Origin: a virus
Direction: 5' to 3' (one strand)
Length of the DNA: 64,000 nt
Virus record (IMG/VR): IMGVR_UViG_3300005613_000054
Coordinates: 3,892-67,891 of that record
The first letter of the stretch is position 1, and each line of letters begins with the position of its first letter. This document shows positions 24,790-34,899 of this stretch, piece by piece. The notes below the pieces were generated by a model. The model had not been told where the DNA came from. It was given only the letters and a program-made list of their open reading frames with translations, and did not search any database. The position numbers and the translations under genes were made by a program.

Positions 24790-26669
24790 TGGCACTAACA
24801 CAGTTCACAAATCTAAACTTTGAGGACATTAAGACCTCAATCAAGGATTATCTTAGGCAGAATTCCAATTTTACGGATTTTGACTTTGAAGGATCGAACC
24901 TGTCCGTCATTATTAACACCCTAGCATATAACTCTTACATCACAGCCTACAACACAAACATGGTTGTGAACGAATCGTTTATCGATTCTGCTACTTTGCG
25001 AGAAAATGTAGTAGCACTTGCGCGAAATATTGGATACGTCCCCCGCTCTAGACGCGCTGCAACTGCAACAGTTGACTATAATATCAGTGGTTTTAGTACA
25101 ACTACCGCTACAATTGAGTTTAATCCTGGAATTGTAGCAAACGGAAGCGTAGATGATACTAATTTTATCTTCTCAATACCAGAAAAAGTCGTTGTAGCAG
25201 CAAACAACGGCGTATCTTTTGGTTCTTTGCAAATTTATCAGGGTCAATACTTAACAAGACAGTGGACTTATGACCCTTCACAGACAAATCAACGCTTTGT
25301 TCTGCCTAATGATGGTATTGATACCTCAACTTTGCGCGTAAAAATTCAAAATTCTAGTGCAGATACGACAGAAACGGAATATAATCTCGTCGATAACATC
25401 ATTGGCGTCACTTCTACGTCAAATATCTACCTAATTCAAGAAACTACGGACGAAAAATACGAACTTTTGTTCGGTGATGGCGTATTTGGTAAGAAATTGC
25501 AGTCTGGAAATATTATTAATGCGTCTTATATCACTTCAGATGGTCCAGATGGTAATGGAGTTGCGAATTTTAGGTTTGTTGCAACGCTAAAAGACGATCA
25601 AGGTGCAGCAATTACCAATGCTGATGGTGAATTTAACGCCCAGGCACCTGCTGAAAATGGTGATGAGATTGAACCAGTCGAAAGCGTAAAGTATTATGCT
25701 CCAAGATTGTACTCTTCGCAGTACAGAGCAGTCACTGCTGCGGATTATGAGGCAATTTTGCCCACAATTTACCCAAATATCGAATCTGTAAGCGCTTATG
25801 GTGGTGAAGACCTAAATCCACCGCAATATGGACGTGTTTTTATCGCGGCAAAACCAAGAAATGGTTCATTTTTGTCGGATTTCACCAAAAAGCAACTTTT
25901 GCAGCAACTAAAGAACTACTCGGTTGCCGGAATTGTTCCAATTTTTGAAGATTTGAAATATTTGTACGTCGAAATCGACAGTTACATCTATTATAACACA
26001 AATTTCATTGGTGATCCCAATAATTTACGCTCCGATGTCGTTAATGCGATCGCACAATATGCAAATGGATCAGAATTGAACCAATTTGGTGGCAGATTCA
26101 GATATTCTAAGACCCAAGCATTGATTGATGGCGTAAATACTGCGATTACATCAAATATCACGACCGTCAGAATGAGGCGGGACATGGTTGCAGCAGTAAA
26201 TCAGTTTGCACAGTATGAATTATGCTTTGATAATGAAATGTACTACGGCAATACCCGATACAATATCAAAACAACTGGTTTCAATGTTCAAGGAATTGAA
26301 GGAACATGTTATTTTGCTGATGAAATTGTTCCTGGTTCTAATATGGGCAATTTGTTCTTATTCCAAGAAGTTAATGATGATGAAATTAATATTCTATCGA
26401 CAGCGTTCGGTACAGTCAATTATAAGACCGGTGAAATCCTTATAGATACTGTAAATATTACTTCTACGTCACTACCAGAGAATATTATTGAAGTTCAGGC
26501 AATTCCATTGTCCAATGATGTCCTAGCAAGGAAAGAATTGTACTTACAACTGGATGTTGCTAAGAGTAACTTCACAATGAGGCAAGATTCTATTTCTTCC
26601 GGTGCGAATACTTCTGGTACAAGATATTCCGTTCAATCTAGCTACCAAAACGGTAAGAAAACACGATAA
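24789..26669 (+). CDS. gp6: Baseplate wedge subunit gp6
   Basis: LNFEDIK...FTDFDFEGSNLS...SATLRENVV..ARNIGYVP; FGDG; RAVTAADYE. Confidence 0.95.
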   Translation: MALTQFTNLNFEDIKTSIKDYLRQNSNFTDFDFEGSNLSVIINTLAYNSYITAYNTNMVVNESFIDSATLRENVVALARNIGYVPRSRRAATATVDYNISGFSTTTATIEFNPGIVANGSVDDTNFIFSIPEKVVVAANNGVSFGSLQIYQGQYLTRQWTYDPSQTNQRFVLPNDGIDTSTLRVKIQNSSADTTETEYNLVDNIIGVTSTSNIYLIQETTDEKYELLFGDGVFGKKLQSGNIINASYITSDGPDGNGVANFRFVATLKDDQGAAITNADGEFNAQAPAENGDEIEPVESVKYYAPRLYSSQYRAVTAADYEAILPTIYPNIESVSAYGGEDLNPPQYGRVFIAAKPRNGSFLSDFTKKQLLQQLKNYSVAGIVPIFEDLKYLYVEIDSYIYYNTNFIGDPNNLRSDVVNAIAQYANGSELNQFGGRFRYSKTQALIDGVNTAITSNITTVRMRRDMVAAVNQFAQYELCFDNEMYYGNTRYNIKTTGFNVQGIEGTCYFADEIVPGSNMGNLFLFQEVNDDEINILSTAFGTVNYKTGEILIDTVNITSTSLPENIIEVQAIPLSNDVLARKELYLQLDVAKSNFTMRQDSISSGANTSGTRYSVQSSYQNGKKTR

Positions 26670-26672
26670 GAG

Positions 26673-29600
26673 ATGATCGAAACCTCCCTGACCAAAGTCA
26701 AGATCAATGAGATCGTTCAGAGTCAAATTCCTGAATACATTGATGTTGAAAATCCACTCTTTGGCGAATTCCTACAGCAGTATTATTACTCCCAGGAATA
26801 TCAGGGAGGTCCGGTAGATATTGCGGATAATCTATCGGATTATAAGAGTCTAGATTTCCTCAATGCGACCAACCTGACTGGATTTACATCATTGACCCAG
26901 TATATCACTGGTGTCGATGAAACAATCTACGTTGATTCAACAACAGGTTGGCCACAGTCTTGGGGTCTGCTAAAAATTGATAATGAGATCATCACCTACA
27001 CTGGAATTGGAACAACTTCCTTTACAGGTTGTGTTCGTGGGTTCAGTGGTATTGAAGCGAACACTAAAACCAACGTTCCTGAGTATCTAACGTTCTCTTC
27101 GACGGGTATTGCTACTCATGGTGTTGATGCACGGGTAGAAAACCTAAGCAACATCTTCCTGCGTGAATTTCTCAATAAACTGAAGGTCCAAATCCTTCCT
27201 GGTTTCCAAGACAGGTTCCTAAACGGTCAAATCGACCAATCTAACTTTATTAGACAGGCAAAAGACTTCTATAAGTCGAAAGGTACTGAAGAAGCGTTCA
27301 AAATCCTGTTCAAGGCACTGTATGGTCAAAAGGTTGAAATGATTCAACCACAGGTCTACATGATTAGACCTTCTGATGCCGATTGGGTCGTAAATGACGT
27401 TCTGGTCTGCGAATTGATTGATGGTGATCCTACAAATATCGAAGGTCAGACACTATTCCAAGATACGCGCCCAATGGAGACCAGTGGTGCTATCTATGAT
27501 GTAAGATCTGCTGTAATCAACGGTAAAAAGTATTACAAGATCGCAATTTCAAAAGGAACTACAATCGGTGCGTTCCAGCAGGTTGGTAAGACTTTTGTTA
27601 ACGCGAATGCTGGTATTGGTGCGACTATTCTGAACGTAGACAGCACTGTTGGATTCGGAACTACTGGTACGCTTGATTATGCTGGTCAAGAGTATGAATA
27701 CACGTCTAAGAACTACACGCAGTTCCTAGGAGTTGCTACTGCAAGCAATGGATTGCTTGGTGCGATTGGAATCGGTTCTGCAGTCTGTGATGCTACACTA
27801 ACGGCATATTCATATGAAGATGGCGACCTTGAGAAACTAGTTCGTCTGAATATTCTTGGTTCTATCAGTGAGTTTGTTGGTTCCGGTCTAGATCAAGTCG
27901 TAGACACTAAACTAAACGTAACTCAACTAGGTATTGATCAGAAAGACCAAAGATTTACTTCTTGGATCTATAATACTACGGCAACCTATTCTGCAGATAC
28001 CGTAGTAAGTAAAGGTTCTAATATTTACGAATATAAGTTCTTCAATACACAAGTTTTGTATGAGGACGACGAAGTTTTCGTAATCGATGAAGACGGAATC
28101 ACAATTACAGGCACTATTGTCGATATTATCGATGATAAGACTATTCAGGTCAATCATGCCGCGATTGATCTTAATAAGAAGTATAAGATTCGCAGACAAA
28201 TCAAAACAAGAATTTCCAATACCGCAGATGTACAAAACACTTATGCGTCGGGCTCTGACGTTTATGTTGCGTCTAACAGTTTACCAGTCGCTGGTTATTC
28301 TGTATTTGAGCCGGAAAAACGTATTAGAACATTCACTAATACCGGTATCACCACTATATCCAATACAATCAATATTGCGGATCACCATTTCAATGATGGT
28401 GAAGTAGTTGTCTATAAAGGTGATGGACTATCTGGGGTTGCAACCAATCAGGGTTACTATGTCGGTAAGATTGACGACAATAATCTACACCTAGCATTTT
28501 CTCCTGAGAATGTCCGTAGAGGACAGTTTATTGATGTCTTCGGTGCTAGCGATATTGCTTCTCTTGGAATTAGCACTCATACCCTTACACCATCGATCGT
28601 AGGATTCACTACTCTAGGCGCTCAAAAGATCCTTAGGAAGTTTCCACTCCCAGAGTATGGTGATACCAAAACAGAGACCTCACAGGGCAGCGTAGGACTG
28701 TTTGCGAACGGTGTAGAGATCTATTCCTACAAGTCTACCGATAAAGTCTTCTACGGTAGCATCGAAACCGTCGATGTGCTCAACAAAGGTAGCAATTACG
28801 ACGTAATCAACCCACCAAGAATTTCTATCACCCAAGATGGTCATACTGGTACTGCTTCATCTGCTATTGCTCACGTATCCGGTACTATCCAGGAGTTCTT
28901 GGTTGATAGTGAAGGACTAGACTATACCATCATTCCATCTGTTTCGATTACTGGTGGTAACGGTTCTGCGAAGGCAGAAGCAAAGATGAAGAAGGTTGCT
29001 CATGAAGTTGAGTTCAATAGTAGTAGTGTTGGTGGTGTAGTCAATACTGCGACCGACATTTTCACTTTTGAGGCAGCACACGGGTTCAAGAATGGTGAAG
29101 AACTCATTTACACCACTGGCGGTACTACAGAGATCGGTATCGGCACAACCCCAGGCAAACTAGTCAACTTCTCGTCATACTTTGCTATTAAGAAGAATGA
29201 TTATGAGATTGCGTTAGCAGAAACTAGAAATAGCGCACTAGCAGGTATCAACACTATTGATATCCTTACCAACGGTGGTGGTACTCATAAGTTTGCGACA
29301 AAAGAGCGCAGACTGAAGGTTGATAAGGTTCTACTAATTGAGAACGATACATTTAGCAATAAAGAAAACCGCATTCTATCTACTAAAGTCAATTTCTATA
29401 CTGATCAATTCAACGCTCCTAGACATGGTTATGAAACTGGTGATAAAGTTCTATACACAACTACAGATACTGCCCCCTCTGGTCTAACCAATAATACTGA
29501 ATATTACATCATCAAGGTTGATGACGACAACTTCAGACTATCCACTACCAAAAATAGTAGTGAATTCATTGACTTCACAACCGCAGGTGTAGGAACACAT

Positions 29601-32600
29601 ACATTCAACTATCCTCCAGTCGTAGTTACTATTAGTGGTCAGCAAGGCATCACTACCGCCAATGCTACGGCAACTCCGATCATTCGAGGATCGATTGACG
29701 CAGTTCAGTTGCTAACAAAGGGTAGTGGATATGGTTCTACCGTAATCAACGATAATTTCCGCCCAGATGTCCGCATCATTGATGGATCTGATGCATCCCT
29801 AGAACCACTGATCGTCAATGGTCGATTGTCTGAGGTAATCATCAAAGGTGGTGGTAAAGACTTCTTCAGCACACCTGATATTGTTATTAGTGGTGGTGGT
29901 GGTGTTGGTGCTAAGGCAAAGGCAGTCGTTAGCAATGGTTCGATTGTCCGCGTAGACGTTATCGATCCAGGTGCGGGATATGTTACTTCTAGTACGACGA
30001 TTACCGCAGTAACTCCAGGTGAAGGGTATGTCTTTGCGGCAAACTTGAAAGAATGGACCGTAAACCAAGTTGAAAGATACGCAAAATTTGGTGACGTTAG
30101 TGCAGATGACGGTTTCTTTGAAACTGAAGTTATTGATGGATATGGTAACCCATATGTATCATACTATGTTCCAAGACAATTAAGAACATTCAAAGAAGAC
30201 AGTGGTACAAGTCATTCTCCAATTCTAGGTTATGCTTACGATGGACACCCCATTTATGGTCCATATGCCTACCAGAATGCTGACGGATCTGGTGGTTTCA
30301 AATATCTAGAACCAGGATACTCAGTCATCACCGGTTCTAGAGCAGGTGGTCCTACTATTAGTCAATATCCCGCAGGTTTCTTCATTGAGGATTATACCTA
30401 CCTAGAAAACCGTGGTGATCTTGATGAACACAATGGACGCTTTGCCGTAACACCAGAATATCCAAATGGTGTATATGCGTATTATACTACGGTTCAATCA
30501 TCTGTAACTAACAGTGTTGGTGATCCTTTTGATGGAACTAGAAAACCAGTATTCCCATATGTTATTGGTAATACCTATAATTCTAAACCAGATCCATTCA
30601 ACTTCGAGTTCACTTCTACCCAGGATCTAGATCCAGTTAGACTGGGATGTATCAGGAATACTGATGCATATGAAATGGATGAATATGAGTTCGTTACTAA
30701 TGGTCAGAAAAATACTACAACCAACGGTCAGGTCTTAAAGGTCACTAACGATACTATCGATAGCATCAATGTCGTCGAAGGTGGTCAGGCATACAATGTT
30801 GGCGACAGAGTTGTATTTGATAATTCTGGAACGGGTGGATTTGGTGCTATTGCCCAGGTATCTGATGTTGTTGGTGTAGCAATCACTGATATCACATCAA
30901 CTATCACAACATTAGAAGATGTTGATCTAGTTGTCGGTGGAAACAGCGTCACTGCTATCTCTACGGTCCCACACGGTCTTTCTAATGGTGTTTATGTAAG
31001 TATCATTGGTATCGGTTCAACTGCCTTCAATGCGGTCACAGGCACCTATCAGATCAACGTTGATACCTTCAGATCTGGTCTATCTACATCGATGACCGCA
31101 GACGGTATGACCACATCGGTTGCTGTTCGCGATATCGTTACTAAATTTGGTGTAGATGATGTTTTACAGATTGATGACGAGCAATTCGTCGTCATGAACC
31201 TAGACATCCCAAATAACAAACTTCGTTTGCTGAGGAACTATGATGGAACGTCTGGTGCGGCACACACGAACGGTGCTGAGATTGTTCGTCTTGAAAAAAG
31301 ATTTGACTATCAGCTACCCAAGGTTGTTTCTCTTTCTTCTCCTGAAGATCGTATTCATTACTTTGATGCTGAGAAGTCTGTAGGTGTAGGTCTAACTGCT
31401 GGTGTGGGCATTGGTACCACGATTTCCTACGTGGGTGCTGGTAATAGCACCAAGACCAAGTTCATTCCAACCAGAACCATCTACATGCCCAATAACCCGT
31501 TCATTCACGGGGAACAGGTTCATTATAGTCCTGGTGCAGGCACCTCGCTCACCGTCTCTAGCGATGGTACAAATGAGCATCCAATATTCAAAAATGTATT
31601 CATTCAGAAAATTAGCAATGAACTAGTTGGTATTGTATCTGAAAAGACTGGTATTAACTCTGAAGGAAGCAGACTATTCTTCAATGGTAATATTGGTATT
31701 GGTAATAGTCATTTCTTCAGAACCCAACGTGATGTAGTCAACTGTAACGTCAGGTCTGTTGATGTTGTTGTCGGAACTGGCGTTTCTAATCACAATCTAA
31801 GACCGAAGGATATTGTTGATGTTACTGTGGTCTCCACAGCAACCAGTTCTGTAACAGCAACCTATAGCAGTGCTACTAGGTATGTAAGCATTGGTGCTTC
31901 AGTCAACCCAAGAATTGATGTTACTGTAGGCGACACCCTAGAGATCGACACCTCCTCTAGCACGCTCTCCAATACCACCCTACAGTTCTTCCTAGATCCC
32001 GATTTCCAGAAGGAATTTGTTGGTTCTGGTGTATCTGCTATTGAGATCACTGAGGAGTTCTCCCCAGGCATCACTTCTGCAAAGACTAGCGTAAGATTTA
32101 CTCCACAGGTTCCAGAAGTCTTATATTATCAATTTGTTCCTACTAATACTGGTAAGAAGATTGAAACTAATAAGGAAATTAATGAGTACAACAAGATTGT
32201 AGTTAGCAACAGTAAGTTCACTGGTAAATATCCTCTTACCACAACTACTGACTATACGTTCACTTATAACGTATTTGAAATCCCTGAAAGAACTGGTTAC
32301 ACCAGCACTTCAGATCTAAGGTATATTACCAATTCTAATAACGCTAACGGTCCTGTAGGCACTGTTGAGCTGCTTGATGGTGGTAAGCAATATACATCTC
32401 TACCAAAGGCATCTGTAGCGTCTACTACAGGTAGAGCAGCAGTTCTTAGACCATTCGGTTCTAACATTGGTTCGATTGATGCTACACAGATTTTGGAGTT
32501 TGGATATGACTATCCATCAGACAGAACTCTGCAACCACAGGTCGGTATTCCTCAGGTAATCGTCCTAAAGAACAACTACAGCATCGATCAGGTAGGCGTC

Positions 32601-34895
32601 ACTTCTGCTGGTTCAAAATATACCACAGCACCTGATCTAATTGTTTACAATTCTACCACAGATACGGTCAACACAACACCAGAACTAATTGCACAACTCA
32701 ATGGTACTGGTGTTGAAAGCGTCAAGATTGTAAACCCAGGCGGCAACATGACCGTCAATGATAATAATCTACTTGCAGTCAATAATAGCAATGGTGTTGG
32801 TATTATTAGTGCTACTTACTCAGATCCTAATGTAACACTGCGTCTACAGACACCAACTACAGGTTTCACAACTAGTGACCCCCTCCCTTTCCAGATTGGG
32901 GATCAAGTATTTGTTGAGAATGTCGGCGTTTCCACTGGTAATGGATACAACTCTGCTGATTATGAATATCAATTCTTCACAATTACCGGAGTTAATACCG
33001 CATTCGGTCTAGTCAACCAAGCAACAATCACATATCCAGTAACCAGATCTCCTGGTAATCATGATGGTCTACAGTTTGGTTCTGTTGCTAGAGAACAAGA
33101 TATTGCTAAGTTTAGTCTAACATTGAAGGAAGGTGAGTTTGTATCTGGTGAAGAAGTCTATACTAAGAACGCCACATCTAAGGTTGTCTCTGGTATCAAG
33201 CAAGATACAGACATCCTAAGGGTCACTTCACTAGCGGGTATCAACACGGGTGATATCTTGACTGGTCGGATATCTGGTGCTTCTGGTGAAGTGCAAGATA
33301 TTTCTGATTACAGTGCTCACTACAATGTAAGAGCATCTGTAGAAGAGAATTATGGTTGGGAAACTAACGTTGGTTTCCTAGACGACTACTTCCAAAGAAT
33401 TCAGGACAGTGATTACTATCAACAGTTCGCATACTCCCTGAAGTCTCAAGTTGGTATTTCTAGTTGGAGTGAACCAGTCGATAGTCTTGGTCACATCGCT
33501 GGTTTCAAGAAGCATTCTGATCTTCTAATTCCATCTGATAGTCTTGCTGGTCTAGGTAGTACAAGCGTATCTACTGGTATCGGTTCTCAACAAAGTACAA
33601 TTATTCTAACTAGCGATCCTACTAAACTTTATTGTAAGCATGACTGGGATCTTGTATATGAACTAACAAATGACGAAGCTACACTTAGCGACAAGATTGT
33701 ATTCAATAGCAACAGATTTGGTGATGCTCTAATCTGTGAAAGCAACAGGGTTCTTGAGATTGATGATATCAGTCCTCAATTCTACGATGATCCAGATATT
33801 TCAAGAAGTCTTGAGATCGACTCTTTTGAATATCCACAAGTATCTGCAGCAAAATATTATGCTCAGGTTGTTCTTGATACTGCCTTAGGAATTACATTCA
33901 ACCAAACGCAATATTGTGAATTTGTAGTATCTCATAACGGAGATATCTCATTCAACAACCAATATTCAGATATTTCTGATGCCTTTAATCTAGGCACATT
34001 TAGTACTTCTGTCACTGGTGAAGTTGTATCAGTATTGTTTACACCATACAATACAACTTTTACATATGATATTACATTCTTTAAAGAAACCATGCAAAAC
34101 GCTGTTGGTGTCGGATCAACATCGTTCGGTCACGTCAAGCGTTCAGGTGTAACTTCTGCAGTCGCATCTTCAGGTTCTCCGACTGAACAAATTATCCAGT
34201 CGATCGATGCTGAGCAATTTAAGTCTGGTAGCATAATTGTTTCTGTTGCTGCAGCAACAACTACAGAAAAAAATATTGTTGAAGCTTCTTTCATTGGTGT
34301 AGGTTCAACCGCACAATATACAATTTTTGGTGAAATGGATAGTGGGGTTGGATTGGGAACATTCAGTGTTGATATGACTGGAACAAATGATTTACAATTC
34401 AAATGGTTACCTGCTGCTGGTATTGGAATAACAGTTTCTACCTTTGCAACATTGGTCGGTGTTGCAACAACTGTTCCTGGAACAGGAATTCCTGGAACAA
34501 CTTATGAAATTGGTGATACTGCTCTCAGATGTACTAGAACAGAAATTGCAGCATCTGGAAGTCCAACTGCAGAGACAATTGTAACGACTAGTGGAAATTC
34601 ATACACTTCTTCAAAAATATTAGTTGAAATTCATAATACTACGGATAATGAGTATTCATTCTTCCATGTAGCAGCTAATGTTTATGCCGAAAATGTTAAC
34701 TACATAAAATACAACAATGTTTCTACAGCAACAACTGCAGGAAGAGACATTCAAAATACTGATATGATTTCTTCTGGGGTTGACGGTATTTTGAGGTTTA
34801 CTCCACAAGAAAATAAAGCATATATTGTTAGAACATCTGAGATCTCAATTGATAGACCAGATGGCGCTCCTGAGGACCAGCTAATTCCACTATAA
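26673..34895 (+). CDS. gp7: Baseplate wedge initiator gp7-like giant protein with internal YHYH-type domain
   Basis: FLQQYY, KDFYKSKGT..AFKILF, YHYH-like HSPILGYAYDGHPIYG..DLDEHNGR..TPEYPNG, IQDSDYYQQFAY, HIAGFK; position between gp6 and gp8. Confidence 0.85.
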   Translation: MIETSLTKVKINEIVQSQIPEYIDVENPLFGEFLQQYYYSQEYQGGPVDIADNLSDYKSLDFLNATNLTGFTSLTQYITGVDETIYVDSTTGWPQSWGLLKIDNEIITYTGIGTTSFTGCVRGFSGIEANTKTNVPEYLTFSSTGIATHGVDARVENLSNIFLREFLNKLKVQILPGFQDRFLNGQIDQSNFIRQAKDFYKSKGTEEAFKILFKALYGQKVEMIQPQVYMIRPSDADWVVNDVLVCELIDGDPTNIEGQTLFQDTRPMETSGAIYDVRSAVINGKKYYKIAISKGTTIGAFQQVGKTFVNANAGIGATILNVDSTVGFGTTGTLDYAGQEYEYTSKNYTQFLGVATASNGLLGAIGIGSAVCDATLTAYSYEDGDLEKLVRLNILGSISEFVGSGLDQVVDTKLNVTQLGIDQKDQRFTSWIYNTTATYSADTVVSKGSNIYEYKFFNTQVLYEDDEVFVIDEDGITITGTIVDIIDDKTIQVNHAAIDLNKKYKIRRQIKTRISNTADVQNTYASGSDVYVASNSLPVAGYSVFEPEKRIRTFTNTGITTISNTINIADHHFNDGEVVVYKGDGLSGVATNQGYYVGKIDDNNLHLAFSPENVRRGQFIDVFGASDIASLGISTHTLTPSIVGFTTLGAQKILRKFPLPEYGDTKTETSQGSVGLFANGVEIYSYKSTDKVFYGSIETVDVLNKGSNYDVINPPRISITQDGHTGTASSAIAHVSGTIQEFLVDSEGLDYTIIPSVSITGGNGSAKAEAKMKKVAHEVEFNSSSVGGVVNTATDIFTFEAAHGFKNGEELIYTTGGTTEIGIGTTPGKLVNFSSYFAIKKNDYEIALAETRNSALAGINTIDILTNGGGTHKFATKERRLKVDKVLLIENDTFSNKENRILSTKVNFYTDQFNAPRHGYETGDKVLYTTTDTAPSGLTNNTEYYIIKVDDDNFRLSTTKNSSEFIDFTTAGVGTHTFNYPPVVVTISGQQGITTANATATPIIRGSIDAVQLLTKGSGYGSTVINDNFRPDVRIIDGSDASLEPLIVNGRLSEVIIKGGGKDFFSTPDIVISGGGGVGAKAKAVVSNGSIVRVDVIDPGAGYVTSSTTITAVTPGEGYVFAANLKEWTVNQVERYAKFGDVSADDGFFETEVIDGYGNPYVSYYVPRQLRTFKEDSGTSHSPILGYAYDGHPIYGPYAYQNADGSGGFKYLEPGYSVITGSRAGGPTISQYPAGFFIEDYTYLENRGDLDEHNGRFAVTPEYPNGVYAYYTTVQSSVTNSVGDPFDGTRKPVFPYVIGNTYNSKPDPFNFEFTSTQDLDPVRLGCIRNTDAYEMDEYEFVTNGQKNTTTNGQVLKVTNDTIDSINVVEGGQAYNVGDRVVFDNSGTGGFGAIAQVSDVVGVAITDITSTITTLEDVDLVVGGNSVTAISTVPHGLSNGVYVSIIGIGSTAFNAVTGTYQINVDTFRSGLSTSMTADGMTTSVAVRDIVTKFGVDDVLQIDDEQFVVMNLDIPNNKLRLLRNYDGTSGAAHTNGAEIVRLEKRFDYQLPKVVSLSSPEDRIHYFDAEKSVGVGLTAGVGIGTTISYVGAGNSTKTKFIPTRTIYMPNNPFIHGEQVHYSPGAGTSLTVSSDGTNEHPIFKNVFIQKISNELVGIVSEKTGINSEGSRLFFNGNIGIGNSHFFRTQRDVVNCNVRSVDVVVGTGVSNHNLRPKDIVDVTVVSTATSSVTATYSSATRYVSIGASVNPRIDVTVGDTLEIDTSSSTLSNTTLQFFLDPDFQKEFVGSGVSAIEITEEFSPGITSAKTSVRFTPQVPEVLYYQFVPTNTGKKIETNKEINEYNKIVVSNSKFTGKYPLTTTTDYTFTYNVFEIPERTGYTSTSDLRYITNSNNANGPVGTVELLDGGKQYTSLPKASVASTTGRAAVLRPFGSNIGSIDATQILEFGYDYPSDRTLQPQVGIPQVIVLKNNYSIDQVGVTSAGSKYTTAPDLIVYNSTTDTVNTTPELIAQLNGTGVESVKIVNPGGNMTVNDNNLLAVNNSNGVGIISATYSDPNVTLRLQTPTTGFTTSDPLPFQIGDQVFVENVGVSTGNGYNSADYEYQFFTITGVNTAFGLVNQATITYPVTRSPGNHDGLQFGSVAREQDIAKFSLTLKEGEFVSGEEVYTKNATSKVVSGIKQDTDILRVTSLAGINTGDILTGRISGASGEVQDISDYSAHYNVRASVEENYGWETNVGFLDDYFQRIQDSDYYQQFAYSLKSQVGISSWSEPVDSLGHIAGFKKHSDLLIPSDSLAGLGSTSVSTGIGSQQSTIILTSDPTKLYCKHDWDLVYELTNDEATLSDKIVFNSNRFGDALICESNRVLEIDDISPQFYDDPDISRSLEIDSFEYPQVSAAKYYAQVVLDTALGITFNQTQYCEFVVSHNGDISFNNQYSDISDAFNLGTFSTSVTGEVVSVLFTPYNTTFTYDITFFKETMQNAVGVGSTSFGHVKRSGVTSAVASSGSPTEQIIQSIDAEQFKSGSIIVSVAAATTTEKNIVEASFIGVGSTAQYTIFGEMDSGVGLGTFSVDMTGTNDLQFKWLPAAGIGITVSTFATLVGVATTVPGTGIPGTTYEIGDTALRCTRTEIAASGSPTAETIVTTSGNSYTSSKILVEIHNTTDNEYSFFHVAANVYAENVNYIKYNNVSTATTAGRDIQNTDMISSGVDGILRFTPQENKAYIVRTSEISIDRPDGAPEDQLIPL

Positions 34896-34899
34896 AAGA